Made by a program: the position numbers and the translations under genes
Assembly (NCBI GenBank): GCA_024653485.1
Contig: JANLFY010000001.1
Span: 13,517 to 77,516, forward strand
Length of the DNA: 64,000 nt
Source of the DNA: Bacillota bacterium
GTDB lineage: Bacteria > Bacillota > SHA-98 > UBA4971
Direction of reading: 5' to 3'
The notes under the pieces: generated by a model
Database searches by the model: none
What the model saw: only the letters and a program-made list of their open reading frames with translations
Told to the model about the DNA's origin: nothing
Shown here: piece by piece, positions 10,453-20,997 of the stretch
Layout: each line of letters opens with the position of its first letter
How positions within the stretch are numbered: the stretch's first letter is position 1

Positions 10453-11324
10453 GCGAGGAGTTCTTTTACGGCGGTCAGGCGGTCATCGAGGGTGTGATGA
10501 TGCGAGGCAGACGGTGTATTGCCATAGCCGTGAGGCGGCCCGACCATTCCGTCGCCATCCATAGCCAACCCATCGGAACGCTCGCGACGAAACATCCTAC
10601 GCTCCGCCTCGCCTTCGTGCGCGGGGTGGTAGCGTTCGTGGAGACGCTCGTCATAGGCATCCGCGCGCTCATGTTCTCGGCGGACCAGGCAGTGGGAGAG
10701 GCCGAGGGAGAGAAGCTGAAGCCATGGGAGCTTACTCTCACTCTCCTCATGTCCTTGGCGGTTTTCATAGCACTCTTCATAGTGCTGCCGAACCTCGTGG
10801 CCGTCCTCTTACAGCGATGGATGCGGTCCACCGTCGCCGTGAACCTGGCCGAAGGGGTGTTCCGCCTCCTGGTGTTCCTCGGGTACATCGTCGCCGTATC
10901 GCGACTGCAGGACATCCAACGGGTGTTTCAGTATCACGGCGCCGAGCACAAAGTCATCCACAGCTTTGAGGCCGGAGAGGATCTCGCGGTGGAGAACGCC
11001 AAACGGCACAGCACGCTCCACCCGAGGTGTGGCACGGCTTTTCTGCTCATCGTGATGGTCATCATGGTGCTCGTCTTCTCTTTGCTGGGAAGGACGTCGC
11101 TGCTGGTACGGATTGCGACGCGGCTGGCTCTTCTACCGCTCGTCACCGGGGTATCCTACGAGGTGGTGAGGCTCGCCGGCCGGCGCAGGCCTCCGAGGAT
11201 AGTCGAGTTGGCCATCGCGCCCGGCCTCTGGCTGCAGAGGTTGACGACGCGAGAGCCTGATGATGCCCAGCTCGAGGTGGCTATCGCCGCTCTAAAGGGC
11301 GTGCTCGAGGCGGACGGCGGCTGA
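10449..11324 (+). CDS. DUF1385-family membrane protein
   Basis: '[16 protein letters not shown]', '[10 protein letters not shown]' and '[10 protein letters not shown]'. Start is uncertain: the TTG at 10449 overlaps the tdk stop, and the ORF is open from 10404. Confidence 0.7.
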   Translation: MSEEFFYGGQAVIEGVMMRGRRCIAIAVRRPDHSVAIHSQPIGTLATKHPTLRLAFVRGVVAFVETLVIGIRALMFSADQAVGEAEGEKLKPWELTLTLLMSLAVFIALFIVLPNLVAVLLQRWMRSTVAVNLAEGVFRLLVFLGYIVAVSRLQDIQRVFQYHGAEHKVIHSFEAGEDLAVENAKRHSTLHPRCGTAFLLIVMVIMVLVFSLLGRTSLLVRIATRLALLPLVTGVSYEVVRLAGRRRPPRIVELAIAPGLWLQRLTTREPDDAQLEVAIAALKGVLEADGG

Positions 11325-11367
11325 GCGGCCGGTGCCCTGTCCTGTCGCTGTATTGGGGGTGAGATGG

Positions 11368-12435
11368 ATGCTGGACAGGCTTGACGCGCTCGAACAGAGG
11401 TATGAGGATCTCGAGGCGATGCTTGCCGATCCGGAGATAGTGGCGGACCAGGCGAGGTTCCAGAGGTCGGCGAAGGCTCACGCCAGCCTCGAAGAGATCG
11501 TTCTGAAGTACAGGCAATACAAGAAGACCCGCGCCGAGATGAGTGAGGCCAAGGAGATGCTGAGATCCGGCGTGGAACCCGAACTGGAGGACTTCCTCCA
11601 ATCCGAGCTGGACAGGCTGAAGGACGAGGAGGCTCGACTCGAGAAGGAGCTCAAGATCCTTCTGCTTCCCAAAGACCCCAACGATGAGAAAGACGTCATC
11701 GTGGAGATCAGGGCGGGCACGGGCGGCGAGGAAGCCGCGCTCTTCGCGGCTGACCTCTACAGGATGTACGCTCGATACGCGGAACAGCAGGGATGGCAGA
11801 TCGAGATCATGAGCTCGAACCCCACTGATCTGGGGGGATTCAAAGAGGTGATATTCGCGGTCCAGGGGCGTGGGGCGTTCAGCAAGCTGAAGTACGAAAG
11901 CGGCGTGCACAGGGTGCAGCGCGTGCCCACTACGGAAGCGGGCGGGCGTATACACACGTCTACGGCGACCGTTGCCGTACTGCCCGAGGCTGAGGAGGTC
12001 GACGTGGAAATCCGCCCCGAGGATCTTCGCATAGACGTGTACCGGTCCACGGGCCATGGCGGGCAGAGCGTCAATACCACCGACTCAGCAGTGCGAGTGA
12101 CCCACCTTCCCACAGGCATGGTCGTGACCTGCCAGGATGAAAAGTCGCAGCTCAAGAACAAGGAGAAGGCCCTGCGTGTGCTGCGCGCCCGTCTGCTCGA
12201 CAAGCTCCAGCAGGAGCAGAAGGCAGAGGTGGACGAGGCGCGACGGATGCAGGTGGGCACGGGCGAGCGGAGCGAGCGAATCCGAACGTACAACTTCCCT
12301 CAGAACCGTGTGACGGACCATAGAATCGACCTGACCCTATACAAGCTGGGACAAGTCCTGGAGGGGAACCTCGACGAGATAATCACGGGGCTCATCACGG
12401 TCGATCAGAGCGAGAGGTTGAAGAAGATTGGCTAG
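11368..12435 (+). CDS. prfA: Peptide chain release factor 1
   Basis: 'RVQRVPTTE' (PxT) and '[15 protein letters not shown]' (GGQ). The ATG at 11368 gives the standard '[15 protein letters not shown]' N-terminus. Confidence 0.95.
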   Translation: MLDRLDALEQRYEDLEAMLADPEIVADQARFQRSAKAHASLEEIVLKYRQYKKTRAEMSEAKEMLRSGVEPELEDFLQSELDRLKDEEARLEKELKILLLPKDPNDEKDVIVEIRAGTGGEEAALFAADLYRMYARYAEQQGWQIEIMSSNPTDLGGFKEVIFAVQGRGAFSKLKYESGVHRVQRVPTTEAGGRIHTSTATVAVLPEAEEVDVEIRPEDLRIDVYRSTGHGGQSVNTTDSAVRVTHLPTGMVVTCQDEKSQLKNKEKALRVLRARLLDKLQQEQKAEVDEARRMQVGTGERSERIRTYNFPQNRVTDHRIDLTLYKLGQVLEGNLDEIITGLITVDQSERLKKIG

Positions 12436-13321
12436 GCCTGTCGGGACAGTCTCGGTGCGTGATGCGCTCCGAGCGGCCACTGCGCGCCTCGCCGAAGCTG
12501 GGATCCCGACCCCGCGTCTGGACGCCGAGGTGTTGCTGGCGCACGTGCTCGGAACGGGGCGGGAGCACCTGTACGCCCATCCGGAACAAGTGTTCGACGC
12601 GGGCGAGTGGCAGGATTATCAGGCAGCCATAGAGCGGAGGCTCACGAGGCTGCCTGTCGCGTACATAACAGGCAGGAAAGAGTTCATGTCCCTCGAATTC
12701 CTCGTGGACCAGAACGTGCTCATTCCGAGGCCCGAGACGGAGACCTTGGTCGAAGCGGTCATAGCGCGATTGCGCGAATTGGGCGCCGGGGCGCCTGTTC
12801 TCGTTGCCGACATAGGCACCGGCAGCGGCGCCATAGCGGTGAGCATCGCCTGGTTCCTGCGTCAAGCTTCGGTGATAGCGGTGGACATCTCTCCGGAGGC
12901 GCTTCGCGTGGCACGCGAAAACGCCAGACGTCACGAGGTCCTGGACAGGATCGAGTTCCTGGAGGGCGATCTTCTATCACCCCTTGCGGGGCGAGGTCTC
13001 GAGGGCAGGATCCTGGCGGTGGTGAGCAATCCTCCGTACCTCTCCCGCAGAATGATGGCAGGCCTCCCGCCTGAAGTATCCAAGGAGCCGCGCGCGGCCC
13101 TCGCGGGGGGTGAAGCCGGGCTCGACTTCACAAGGGCGATCCTTGGTGGCGCTCGGGCATATCTCGCGCCTGACGGATTCGTGGCGCTCGAGGTCGGCCA
13201 CGACCAGGCGGAGACGGTGAGGCTCCTTGCCAAGGAGGAGTTCGGATACGCAGATGCCGAGGTAGTGCTGGACTACGCGGGAATCGAACGCGTTGTCATG
13301 GCGGGCATTTCTCGCCTGTGA
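12428..13321 (+). CDS. prmC: Release-factor glutamine N5-methyltransferase
   Basis: SAM motif '[11 protein letters not shown]' and 'VVSNPPYL'. Follows prfA with an 8-nt overlap. Confidence 0.9.
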   Translation: MARPVGTVSVRDALRAATARLAEAGIPTPRLDAEVLLAHVLGTGREHLYAHPEQVFDAGEWQDYQAAIERRLTRLPVAYITGRKEFMSLEFLVDQNVLIPRPETETLVEAVIARLRELGAGAPVLVADIGTGSGAIAVSIAWFLRQASVIAVDISPEALRVARENARRHEVLDRIEFLEGDLLSPLAGRGLEGRILAVVSNPPYLSRRMMAGLPPEVSKEPRAALAGGEAGLDFTRAILGGARAYLAPDGFVALEVGHDQAETVRLLAKEEFGYADAEVVLDYAGIERVVMAGISRL

Positions 13322-13404
13322 GAAAGGCAGTCGCGGGAAAGGGGGCGCGGCGGCCGGCCGGCTTAGGTGCGCGGCCGCCGGGCAGGGTGGAAAGGTGCAC
13401 CAGC

Positions 13405-14595
13405 GTGATAGTGAACGGGACCGAGGTTGTGAGGCTGGACCCAGGTCGGCCTGACGTTGGCGTCATCCGTCGGGCTGCGGGGATCATTCGCGCCGGTGGT
13501 CTCGTGGCGTTTCCCACGGAGACCGTGTACGGCCTTGGTGCGAACGGCCTCTCGGCTTCGGCTGTCGCGAGGATATTCGCGGCCAAGGGACGGCCGCAGG
13601 ATAACCCCCTCATACTCCATGTGGCCACCCCGGAGGATGCCCGGCGCGTCGTGGCAGGTATCCCACCTCTCGCGCAACGGCTAATGGAGAGGTTTTGGCC
13701 CGGACCGCTCACACTCGTCCTTCCGAAGAGGCCGGAGGTGCCGGACGAGGTTACGGCCGGCCTTCCCACTGTCGGGGTTCGGATGCCGGACAACACCATC
13801 GCCCTGACCCTGATAGCGGAGACGGGGGTTCCCATCGCTGCGCCCAGTGCGAATGTGTCGGGCCGCCCGAGCCCCACGTCGGCGGAGCACGTGGTCGCGG
13901 ACTTGGCCGGGAGGATCGACATGGTTCTAGACGGAGGCAGTTCCACGGTGGGCGTTGAGTCAACCGTGATTGACATGACCTCGAGCCCTCCGCAAGTGCT
14001 TCGACCCGGAGGGGTCAGCGTCGAGGAGCTCGAAGAGACCCTTGGGGAGGTGGCGGTGGCTTCCGCGGATCTCGTTGCCTTGGACCCTGGGGGCGCGGTC
14101 CCGTCACCCGGGATGAAGTATACGCACTATGCTCCGAAGACCCCTGTGGTTCTAGTGGAGGGCGAGCCTCGAGCCGTTGTCGGGCGCATAATCCTCGAGG
14201 CGGAGGCCTGTCGCGCCGTAGGAAAGAGAGCGGGCGTGATGTGCTCCAGAGAGACGGAGGGCCTCTACGCTGGCAGGGCCGACGTGGTGCGTGCCGTGGG
14301 ATCGCGAAAGGACTTGGCGAGTGTGGCGGCTGCCCTCTTCTCCACACTTCGCTCGTTCGATGGGGATGCGTTGGACGTCGTGTTCGCCGAGGGGTTCGAC
14401 CAAGCGGGCCTGGGCTTCGCCATCATGAACAGGCTTCGGCGCGCTTCGGGTGGCCGCGTCGTCTACGCCCGGGGGCAAGCGGGCGGTGCCGTGAACGCGA
14501 CGCAGCGCTGTGGCGACGCGGCGGAACGTGGGGCACGATCGCGGGGGTTGGAAGGGCAGATCCATGGAGGTGGCGCAGGAGGTGGCGCGCGATGA
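13405..14595 (+). CDS. tsaC: L-threonylcarbamoyladenylate synthase (Sua5/YwlC type, with C-terminal Sua5 domain)
   Basis: 'GGLVAFPTETVYGLGAN' and 'APSANVSGRPSPT'. The ORF is open from GTG 13318; GTG 13405 gives the usual N-terminal length. Carries a G/A/R-rich tail of about 40 aa. Confidence 0.85.
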   Translation: MIVNGTEVVRLDPGRPDVGVIRRAAGIIRAGGLVAFPTETVYGLGANGLSASAVARIFAAKGRPQDNPLILHVATPEDARRVVAGIPPLAQRLMERFWPGPLTLVLPKRPEVPDEVTAGLPTVGVRMPDNTIALTLIAETGVPIAAPSANVSGRPSPTSAEHVVADLAGRIDMVLDGGSSTVGVESTVIDMTSSPPQVLRPGGVSVEELEETLGEVAVASADLVALDPGGAVPSPGMKYTHYAPKTPVVLVEGEPRAVVGRIILEAEACRAVGKRAGVMCSRETEGLYAGRADVVRAVGSRKDLASVAAALFSTLRSFDGDALDVVFAEGFDQAGLGFAIMNRLRRASGGRVVYARGQAGGAVNATQRCGDAAERGARSRGLEGQIHGGGAGGGAR

Positions 14596-15116
14596 CGCTG
14601 CCGAGGCGGATTCTCGTGGTGTGCACAGGCAACACATGTAGGAGCGCCATGGCCGAGGCCATGCTGCGACATGCCCTCGCCGAGGAGTTTGGCGGCGCCG
14701 AGGGAGTGGTCGTCGAGTCCGCCGGGATTTTCGCACGCGAGGGCGACCCTGCGTCGGAGAATGCCAAAGCCGCCCTGGCGGAGCGCGGAGTGGACATTTC
14801 GTCGCACCGCGCTAGGCTTCTTACCAGGGACATGGTCGAAGGCGCAGATGTGGTGCTCGTGATGACATCGGCTCACAAGCAAGCTGTGACGAGAATATGC
14901 CCGTCGTCGGAGGGCAAGGTCTTCACCCTGAACGAGTTCGCGGGCCTCGAGTCGGAGCTTGGTCCAGACACTCACGACCCATTCGGAGGCTCCATCGAAG
15001 TGTACCGCGCCGCCGCTGACGACCTCAGGAGAGCGGTCGACGGCGCGACGAGAAGGATCAGAGGGATGTCGATCGAGAGCCGCGCGCCCTCGGAGGAACC
15101 TCCCAGAGTTGAGTAG
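14592..15116 (+). CDS. ywlE: Low-molecular-weight protein phosphatase (YwlE-like arginine/tyrosine phosphatase)
   Basis: 'ILVVCTGNTCRSAMAE' (CX5RS). ATGA overlap with the tsaC stop. Confidence 0.85.
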   Translation: MTLPRRILVVCTGNTCRSAMAEAMLRHALAEEFGGAEGVVVESAGIFAREGDPASENAKAALAERGVDISSHRARLLTRDMVEGADVVLVMTSAHKQAVTRICPSSEGKVFTLNEFAGLESELGPDTHDPFGGSIEVYRAAADDLRRAVDGATRRIRGMSIESRAPSEEPPRVE

Positions 15117-15150
15117 AACCGTTGTGTGCTTGTCAGGAGGTGTTGCGCGA

Positions 15151-15600
15151 GTGAGAGTCGCCATCGGCAGCGACCATGCGGGCTTCGAGATGAAGGAGAT
15201 CTTGAAAGGGTTCATCGAGTCCTTAGGGCATGAGGTGGAGGACTTCGGGGCGCCCTCGGCGGACCCAGTGGACTACCCCGACGTGGGCTACCGTGTGGCG
15301 AAGGACGTCGCCTCCGGCCGGTCCGATAGAGGGGTCCTCATCTGCGGGACAGGCATTGGCATGTCCATCGTGGCGAACAAGGTGCCGGGGGTGCGAGCCG
15401 CGCTGGTGGGAGACGCTCAGGTCGCAAGGCTTGCCCGAGAGCACAACGACGCGAATGTCCTCGCACTAGGAGCTAGGGTCATCGGGCCGGAGGCGGCACG
15501 CGATATCGTCAAGACATTCCTTGAGACGGGCTTTGCGGGCGGTCGACACGCCCGACGGCTGGAGAAGATCGCTCTTGGAGAAGCGGGAAAGGGGAAGTGA
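15151..15600 (+). CDS. rpiB: Ribose-5-phosphate isomerase B
   Basis: '[14 protein letters not shown]' and '[15 protein letters not shown]', with AGGAGG upstream of the GTG at 15151. Confidence 0.9.
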   Translation: MRVAIGSDHAGFEMKEILKGFIESLGHEVEDFGAPSADPVDYPDVGYRVAKDVASGRSDRGVLICGTGIGMSIVANKVPGVRAALVGDAQVARLAREHNDANVLALGARVIGPEAARDIVKTFLETGFAGGRHARRLEKIALGEAGKGK

Positions 15601-15602
15601 GA

Positions 15603-16232
15603 ATGTCCAGAGTCCATCTAATCGATCATCCTCTCATTCAGCACAAGCTCACGTTCATCAGGGACAAGAACACCGGGTCGAAAGACTTCCGTGACCTCGT
15701 GAGCGAGGTCGCGACCCTAATGGCATACGAGGTCACGCGGGACTTTCCTCTCACGGACGCGGAGGTAGAGACGCCGATAGGGAAGGCCAAGACCAAGGTG
15801 ATCGCGGGAAGGAAGGTCGGTATCATCGCCATCCTCAGAGCAGGCCTCGGCATGGTCGACGGCATGCTGAGGTTGATACCCGCGGCGAAAGTCGGCCATA
15901 TCGGCATCTACCGTGACCCGGAGACCCTGAGACCCGTTGACTATTACTGCAAGCTTCCACCGGACGTGTCCGAGCGTGACTTGATAGTCGTGGATCCGAT
16001 GCTCGCGACGGGTGGGTCCGCCACGGCGGCCATCAAGTTCATCAAGGATCGCGGCGCGACCAACATCAAGCTGGTGGTGCTCATCGCCGCGCCGGAGGGC
16101 ATCAAGATGGTGCAACAGAACCACCCAGACGTCGACATCTTCACGGCGGCCATAGACGAGCGCCTGAATTCCCACGGGTACATCGTGCCCGGCCTGGGTG
16201 ATGCGGGGGACAGGCTGTTCGGAACGAAATGA
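15603..16232 (+). CDS. upp: Uracil phosphoribosyltransferase
   Basis: '[14 protein letters not shown]', 'ILRAGLGM' and '[11 protein letters not shown]'. Confidence 0.95.
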   Translation: MSRVHLIDHPLIQHKLTFIRDKNTGSKDFRDLVSEVATLMAYEVTRDFPLTDAEVETPIGKAKTKVIAGRKVGIIAILRAGLGMVDGMLRLIPAAKVGHIGIYRDPETLRPVDYYCKLPPDVSERDLIVVDPMLATGGSATAAIKFIKDRGATNIKLVVLIAAPEGIKMVQQNHPDVDIFTAAIDERLNSHGYIVPGLGDAGDRLFGTK

Positions 16233-16251
16233 GAGGGAGAGGCGACATCGT

Positions 16252-16770
16252 TTGAAACGCGAGACCGTGGCCAAGACCCTCGGGCGGCCTTCGTGGGACG
16301 AGTACTTCATGGAGATCGCGAAGCTGGTGGCCAGCCGCTCCACGTGCCTCCGCCGACAAGTCGGCGCCATTGCCGTGAGGGACAGACGTATCCTTGCGAC
16401 AGGGTACAACGGCGCGCCGACGGGCCTGGCCCACTGCGGCGAGGTAGGGTGCCTTCGCGCTGAGCGTGAAGTACCTTCGGGTGAGAGACACGAGCTGTGC
16501 AGAGGTCTGCATGCGGAGCAGAACGTCATAATCCAGGCGGCACTGCACGGCATAAGCATCAAGGGGGCGACCATATACTGTACAAACCATCCGTGCGTCC
16601 TCTGCGCCAAGATGCTGGTGAACGCGGGCGTGCTAGAGATAGTGTACGCCGGGGACTACCCAGACGAGCTCGCGTCGGTGATCCTTGGAGACGCGGGGAT
16701 AAATGTGAGACGCTTCCTTTCATCTCGCAGCAGGCTGGTCGACGAGCCATTTCGTGTTGGGCCACCTTGA
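16252..16770 (+). CDS. dCMP deaminase (ComEB-like)
   Basis: '[18 protein letters not shown]', 'HAEQNVI' and 'PCVLCAKML' (HAE...PCxxC zinc site). Confidence 0.85.
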   Translation: MKRETVAKTLGRPSWDEYFMEIAKLVASRSTCLRRQVGAIAVRDRRILATGYNGAPTGLAHCGEVGCLRAEREVPSGERHELCRGLHAEQNVIIQAALHGISIKGATIYCTNHPCVLCAKMLVNAGVLEIVYAGDYPDELASVILGDAGINVRRFLSSRSRLVDEPFRVGPP

Positions 16771-16796
16771 CGGGCGTTTCCCGGCAAGGTTAGAAT
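16767..16796 (+). promoter_or_regulatory. Promoter TTGACG-18-TAGAAT upstream of tagO/wecA
   Basis: TTGACG at 16767-16772 and TAGAAT at 16791-16796. Confidence 0.5.
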
Positions 16797-16815
16797 GGGG
16801 TTGACTAGGCCCGGA

Positions 16816-16842
16816 GCTGGACGTCCCCAAGGGACGTCCAGC
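16816..16842 (+). other. 12-bp perfect hairpin in the tagO/wecA 5' leader
   Basis: gctggacgtccc / caa / gggacgtccagc. No U-tract. Lies between the candidate promoter and the ATG at 16931. Confidence 0.4.
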
Positions 16843-16930
16843 CGCGGGTTCCTGCCGGGCGTTGGGACAGCGCCTGTCGCGCAGGATATGGTCAAGGCTC
16901 GTTCAGTCGGAGAGGAAGTGCGAAACCGGT

Positions 16931-17983
16931 ATGTCTTCGTATGCCCTCGCGTTCGCGGAAGCCTTCGCAGTGACCCTTGTTCTCACGCCGATAGTGCGCG
17001 CCTGCGCCTTGCGCGCGGGCCTGGTGTACATGCCGAATGCACGCACGGTTCACAGGTTGCCCATGCCGGTGCTGGGTGGAGTGGCGATATTCGCGGGGTT
17101 CGTGATGACGGTCCTTCACCGGGTGGGCCTCGGCGGCGACACAGTGGGTCTGCTGGCGGGGGCTGCCGTGGTCTTCGCGGTCGGGGTACGCGATGACATG
17201 CGCGAACTCGGCGCCTTGCCGAAATTCGCTGGTCAGCTCGTTGCGGCGCTCGTGGCGGTGTGGCTCGGTGTGCGCATCGAGTTCGTGACCAATCCCTTCG
17301 GCCCCGGAATGGTGTACCTGGGCTGGTGGGGCGCCCCTCTGACGGTTCTCTGGATACTCGCCCTCACGAACGTCGTGAACTTCCTCGACGGCCTCGACGG
17401 GCTCGCCGCAGGGGTGTCGTCCATCGCGGCCTTTGCGCTCTTCTGGGTGGCCGCCGCCCGCGGCCAAGTCTTCGCCGCCACTCTTGCGATCGCCCTTGCC
17501 GGTGGCGCGGTCGGGTTTCTCCCGTTCAACTTCAACCCCGCGAAGATATTCATGGGCGACGCGGGCGCCATGTTCCTTGGTTACTCAGTGGCGGTGGTCT
17601 CAGTGGAAGGGGCTCTGAAAGGCGCCGCCACCATCGCTCTCGCCGTCCCCATGTTTGCTCTGGGAGTGCCGATCATCGATACCGCTTTCGCCATCGCGCG
17701 CAGAGTCCACAATGGAACCCCATTCTATCGGGCCGACAAGGACCACATCCATCACCGCCTGCTCGCGAGGGGGTTCTCCCACCGCGGCGCGGTGGTCCTG
17801 ATTTACCTCGTAAGCGGCCTGCTTGCTTCGATCGCCGTGTTGGTGGCGCGGGTTCACGCAACGGTCACGCTGTACTTGGCCGTCGTGCTGGTGCTCGGCT
17901 TCCTCGTGGCCGGTGTGAGTCGGCCTGGCAGGACTTACACCCGTACTACGGCCCAAACGCGCACCCAGGCTCCCCATAGATAG
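16931..17983 (+). CDS. tagO: Undecaprenyl-phosphate GlcNAc-1-phosphate transferase (MraY/WecA/TagO family)
   Basis: Polytopic membrane protein with 'NVVNFLDGLDGLAAG' and 'IFMGDAGAMFLGY'. Confidence 0.85.
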   Translation: MSSYALAFAEAFAVTLVLTPIVRACALRAGLVYMPNARTVHRLPMPVLGGVAIFAGFVMTVLHRVGLGGDTVGLLAGAAVVFAVGVRDDMRELGALPKFAGQLVAALVAVWLGVRIEFVTNPFGPGMVYLGWWGAPLTVLWILALTNVVNFLDGLDGLAAGVSSIAAFALFWVAAARGQVFAATLAIALAGGAVGFLPFNFNPAKIFMGDAGAMFLGYSVAVVSVEGALKGAATIALAVPMFALGVPIIDTAFAIARRVHNGTPFYRADKDHIHHRLLARGFSHRGAVVLIYLVSGLLASIAVLVARVHATVTLYLAVVLVLGFLVAGVSRPGRTYTRTTAQTRTQAPHR

Positions 17984-18099
17984 GCAAGACGCACCCGCCG
18001 GATAGAGGCGCCGGAAGGTGGTAGCGCGATGCGTCCGCGGGGTCCGGTCCGCCCGACCGGTCGTGGGATGGCCGCACGCCGGGGTGAGGAGGTCCTCTC

Positions 18100-19251
18100 A
18101 TGTCGCGAAAGAAGGTCATGCTGGTCTTCGGGACGCGCCCGGAGGCTATAAAGATGGCACCCGTAGTGAGCACCATGCAGGGCTGCGACGCCATCAAGTG
18201 CGTGGTCGCGGTGACCGCGCAGCACCGAGAGATGCTCGACCAGGTTCTAGACCTGTTCGATGTCGAGCCCGACTACGACCTCGACATCATGCGTGAGGGA
18301 CAATCCCTTGCCGACATAGCCACGCGGGCAATCGCCGGGCTCGAGGCCGCCATGGCGAAGGAGAAGCCCGACCTCGTCTTGGTCCACGGTGACACGTCGA
18401 CCACGTTCATTGCGAGCCTCGTCGCGTTCTACCACCAGGTGCAGGTCGGCCATGTCGAGGCGGGGCTCCGGACCCACGACAAGTACTCTCCATTCCCGGA
18501 GGAAATGAACAGGCGGCTTACGGGGTGTCTAGCTGACATTCATTTCGCGCCCGTGGAGAACCACAAGAGGAACCTACTGGCGGAAGGGGTAAGGGAAGAG
18601 GCGGTCCACGTGACGGGCAACACTGTGATAGACGCCCTCATTGACGTAGCGAGGCGACCGTACGAGTTTCGGGACCCGGTCCTTGCCGCCATCGATTTCG
18701 ACCACAGGAAAGTGCTCCTCGTCACGGCGCACCGCCGGGAGAACTGGGGAGAGCCCATGCGCGAGATCTGTCACGCACTCAAGGACATCGTGGACGCCCG
18801 ACCCGACGTGGAGATCGTCTTTCCGGTCCACATGAACCCGCTCGTGAGGACGGATGTGATCGACGTGCTTGGAGGCGTCCAGCGGGTCCATCTCATAGAC
18901 CCTGTGGACTATCAGGCCATGGTGGCGCTCATGAAACGGTGCTACATGGTGCTTACGGACTCGGGTGGGCTGCAAGAGGAGGCGCCGTCCCTGGACAAGC
19001 CTGTCGTGGTCTTGCGCAACGTCACCGAGCGCCCCGAAGGCCTCGAGGCAGGCACGCTCGTTCTCGCGGGGACGGACCGCAGACGCATCGTCGAGCGCAC
19101 GCGGGAGCTTCTGGAGGATCCCGAGGCCTACCAGAGGATGGCATGCGCCCGCAATCCATACGGCGACGGCCATGCATCGGAGCGCATCCTCGCAGCGGTC
19201 CTGTGGAGGTTAGGCATTTGCCGAGAGCGCCCGGAGGATTTCTGCGGGTAA
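18100..19251 (+). CDS. wecB: UDP-N-acetylglucosamine 2-epimerase (non-hydrolysing)
   Basis: 'KVMLVFGTRPEAIKMAP', 'VHGDTSTTF' and 'TDSGGLQEEAPSL'. Confidence 0.9.
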   Translation: MSRKKVMLVFGTRPEAIKMAPVVSTMQGCDAIKCVVAVTAQHREMLDQVLDLFDVEPDYDLDIMREGQSLADIATRAIAGLEAAMAKEKPDLVLVHGDTSTTFIASLVAFYHQVQVGHVEAGLRTHDKYSPFPEEMNRRLTGCLADIHFAPVENHKRNLLAEGVREEAVHVTGNTVIDALIDVARRPYEFRDPVLAAIDFDHRKVLLVTAHRRENWGEPMREICHALKDIVDARPDVEIVFPVHMNPLVRTDVIDVLGGVQRVHLIDPVDYQAMVALMKRCYMVLTDSGGLQEEAPSLDKPVVVLRNVTERPEGLEAGTLVLAGTDRRRIVERTRELLEDPEAYQRMACARNPYGDGHASERILAAVLWRLGICRERPEDFCG

Positions 19252-19302
19252 CCCGGGGCTCGTCCTCTGCCATTAATTGGGTATCCGGGGTTGAATATCC
19301 AG

Positions 19303-19331
19303 TTGAAGACGTAAGCCTCCGATGGTACACT
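19303..19331 (+). promoter_or_regulatory. Candidate promoter TTGAAG-17-(TGG)TACACT upstream of murA
   Basis: TTGAAG at 19303-19308 and TACACT at 19326-19331 preceded by TG. Confidence 0.35.
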
Positions 19332-19441
19332 CACTCCGTGGCTGTCGGAAGCCCAGTTGGGGTTCTCCGCGGCCGCAAGAGGCCGTCAAGAGGCCGGGTT
19401 GCCTGGGCAGTCGCCGGGCCGTTCTGAGAGGAGGAAACCGC

Positions 19442-20737
19442 TTGGACAGCATCCTCATCCGGGGAGGGGTGAGGCTTTCGGGCCGGGTGGTCATAAGCGG
19501 CGCGAAGAACGCTGCGCTGCCCGCCATAGCGGCGGCGCTTCTCACTGCTGACGAGGTCGTCCTGACAGGGGTTCCCGCCCTGGACGACGTGGGAACAATG
19601 TGCGAGCTCCTTGACAACCTCGGTGTGTGTGTGAACATGACACCCGGTCGCGTGAGGCTTCGCGCTCCTCGGGCGACGGCACGGCCGGCGCCGTATGACC
19701 TTGTCAGGCGGATGAGGGCATCGTTTCTGGTCGCGGGCCCGCTCCTGGCGCGCTTCGGAGTTGCGCGCATGCCAATGCCTGGCGGATGCGCGATCGGCTC
19801 TAGGCCGATAAACCTTCACCTAAAGGCGTTTGCGGCCATGGGGGCGGATCTCACCATCGGGAACGGCTGCATCGAGGCTGTGGCGCCCGCCGCCGGGTTG
19901 CGAGGCGCGCGGGTGTACCTGGACTACCCCAGCGTTGGAGCGACCGAGAACGCTCTGATGGCGGCTGTCTTGGCCGACGGTGTCACGGTCATCGAAAACG
20001 CTGCTCAGGAGCCTGAGGTGGTCGATCTGGCGAACCTTCTCTCTGCCATGGGCGCCAAGGTAAGGGGCGCGGGCACCGGCGTTGTAAAGATCGAAGGTGT
20101 TGACGAACTCCGCGGGGCTTCTCACACCATTGTGCCTGACCGCATCGAGGCCGGCACGTACATGGCAGCCGCGGTGATCACCCGCGGTGACGTGCTGATC
20201 GACAACGTGGTCCCCGAACATCTTGCGGCCACCATATCAAAGTTGCGCGAGGCGGGCGCTGTTGTAGAGACACAAGGGTCGAGCCTGCGCGTGAGCTCTT
20301 CGGGTGAAGTCCGGCCTCTCGACATCAAGACCATGCCGTATCCAGGGTTCCCCACAGACCTACAAGCTCAATTCATGGCGCTCCTTTCCATTGCGAGTGG
20401 AACGAGCGTCATCACCGAGACAGTCTTCGAGAACAGGTTCATGCACGTTGACGAGCTCGCCCGAATGGGTGCGAGGATCAAGATAGACGGCCGATCCGCA
20501 GTGGTAGAGGGAGTGGAGACTCTCTCAGGAGCTCCGGTGAGGGCTACGGACCTCCGGGCTGGTGCAGCGCTTGTGGTAGCGGCGCTAGCGTCGCGGGGCG
20601 AGACCGAGATCTTCGGTGTGGGTCACATCGATCGCGGGTACGAGGCCATCGAGCACAAGCTACGCATGCTCGGGGCGGTGATCGAAAGACGCACCGATGT
20701 CCGAGAGTCTTTGGCGGCCGGCGCGGGCGCACTGTAG
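19442..20737 (+). CDS. murA: UDP-N-acetylglucosamine 1-carboxyvinyltransferase
   Basis: 'ISGAKNAALP' and active-site 'PGGCAIGSRPINLH'. TTG start at 19442 lies 7 nt after GAGGAGGA. Confidence 0.95.
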   Translation: MDSILIRGGVRLSGRVVISGAKNAALPAIAAALLTADEVVLTGVPALDDVGTMCELLDNLGVCVNMTPGRVRLRAPRATARPAPYDLVRRMRASFLVAGPLLARFGVARMPMPGGCAIGSRPINLHLKAFAAMGADLTIGNGCIEAVAPAAGLRGARVYLDYPSVGATENALMAAVLADGVTVIENAAQEPEVVDLANLLSAMGAKVRGAGTGVVKIEGVDELRGASHTIVPDRIEAGTYMAAAVITRGDVLIDNVVPEHLAATISKLREAGAVVETQGSSLRVSSSGEVRPLDIKTMPYPGFPTDLQAQFMALLSIASGTSVITETVFENRFMHVDELARMGARIKIDGRSAVVEGVETLSGAPVRATDLRAGAALVVAALASRGETEIFGVGHIDRGYEAIEHKLRMLGAVIERRTDVRESLAAGAGAL

Positions 20738-20865
20738 GCACGGGACGCGCGCGGCCGGGTTAGGGCAGACGAAGGGGACGAGACGAAGGGAAGGACAATT
20801 GGGGACGAAGGGAAGGACCGGTCTTTGGGCACTGCGGGGTCGGAACCCGCAGCAGATGGAGAACG

Positions 20866-20898
20866 GCGCCCGGCCGCAACTGGAACGCGGCCGGGCGC
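20866..20898 (+). terminator. 12-bp GC hairpin after murA
   Basis: gcgcccggccgc / 9-nt loop / gcggccgggcgc, then actcttt (weak U-tract). Confidence 0.45.
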
Positions 20899-20997
20899 AC
20901 TCTTTCGGGGCGTGTTCTATTCTGCCCCCGAACCGCGTAAGGATAGCCAGGAGTCCACCATAGACAAGCGGCTGTCGTTCATCAGGGGGCAGGCTGG

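Noticed and set aside
14241-14591. 5' extension of the ywlE-like ORF (291-aa track entry)
   Set aside because: It overlaps the tsaC/sua5 C-terminal domain. The phosphatase motif begins right after the ATG at 14592.
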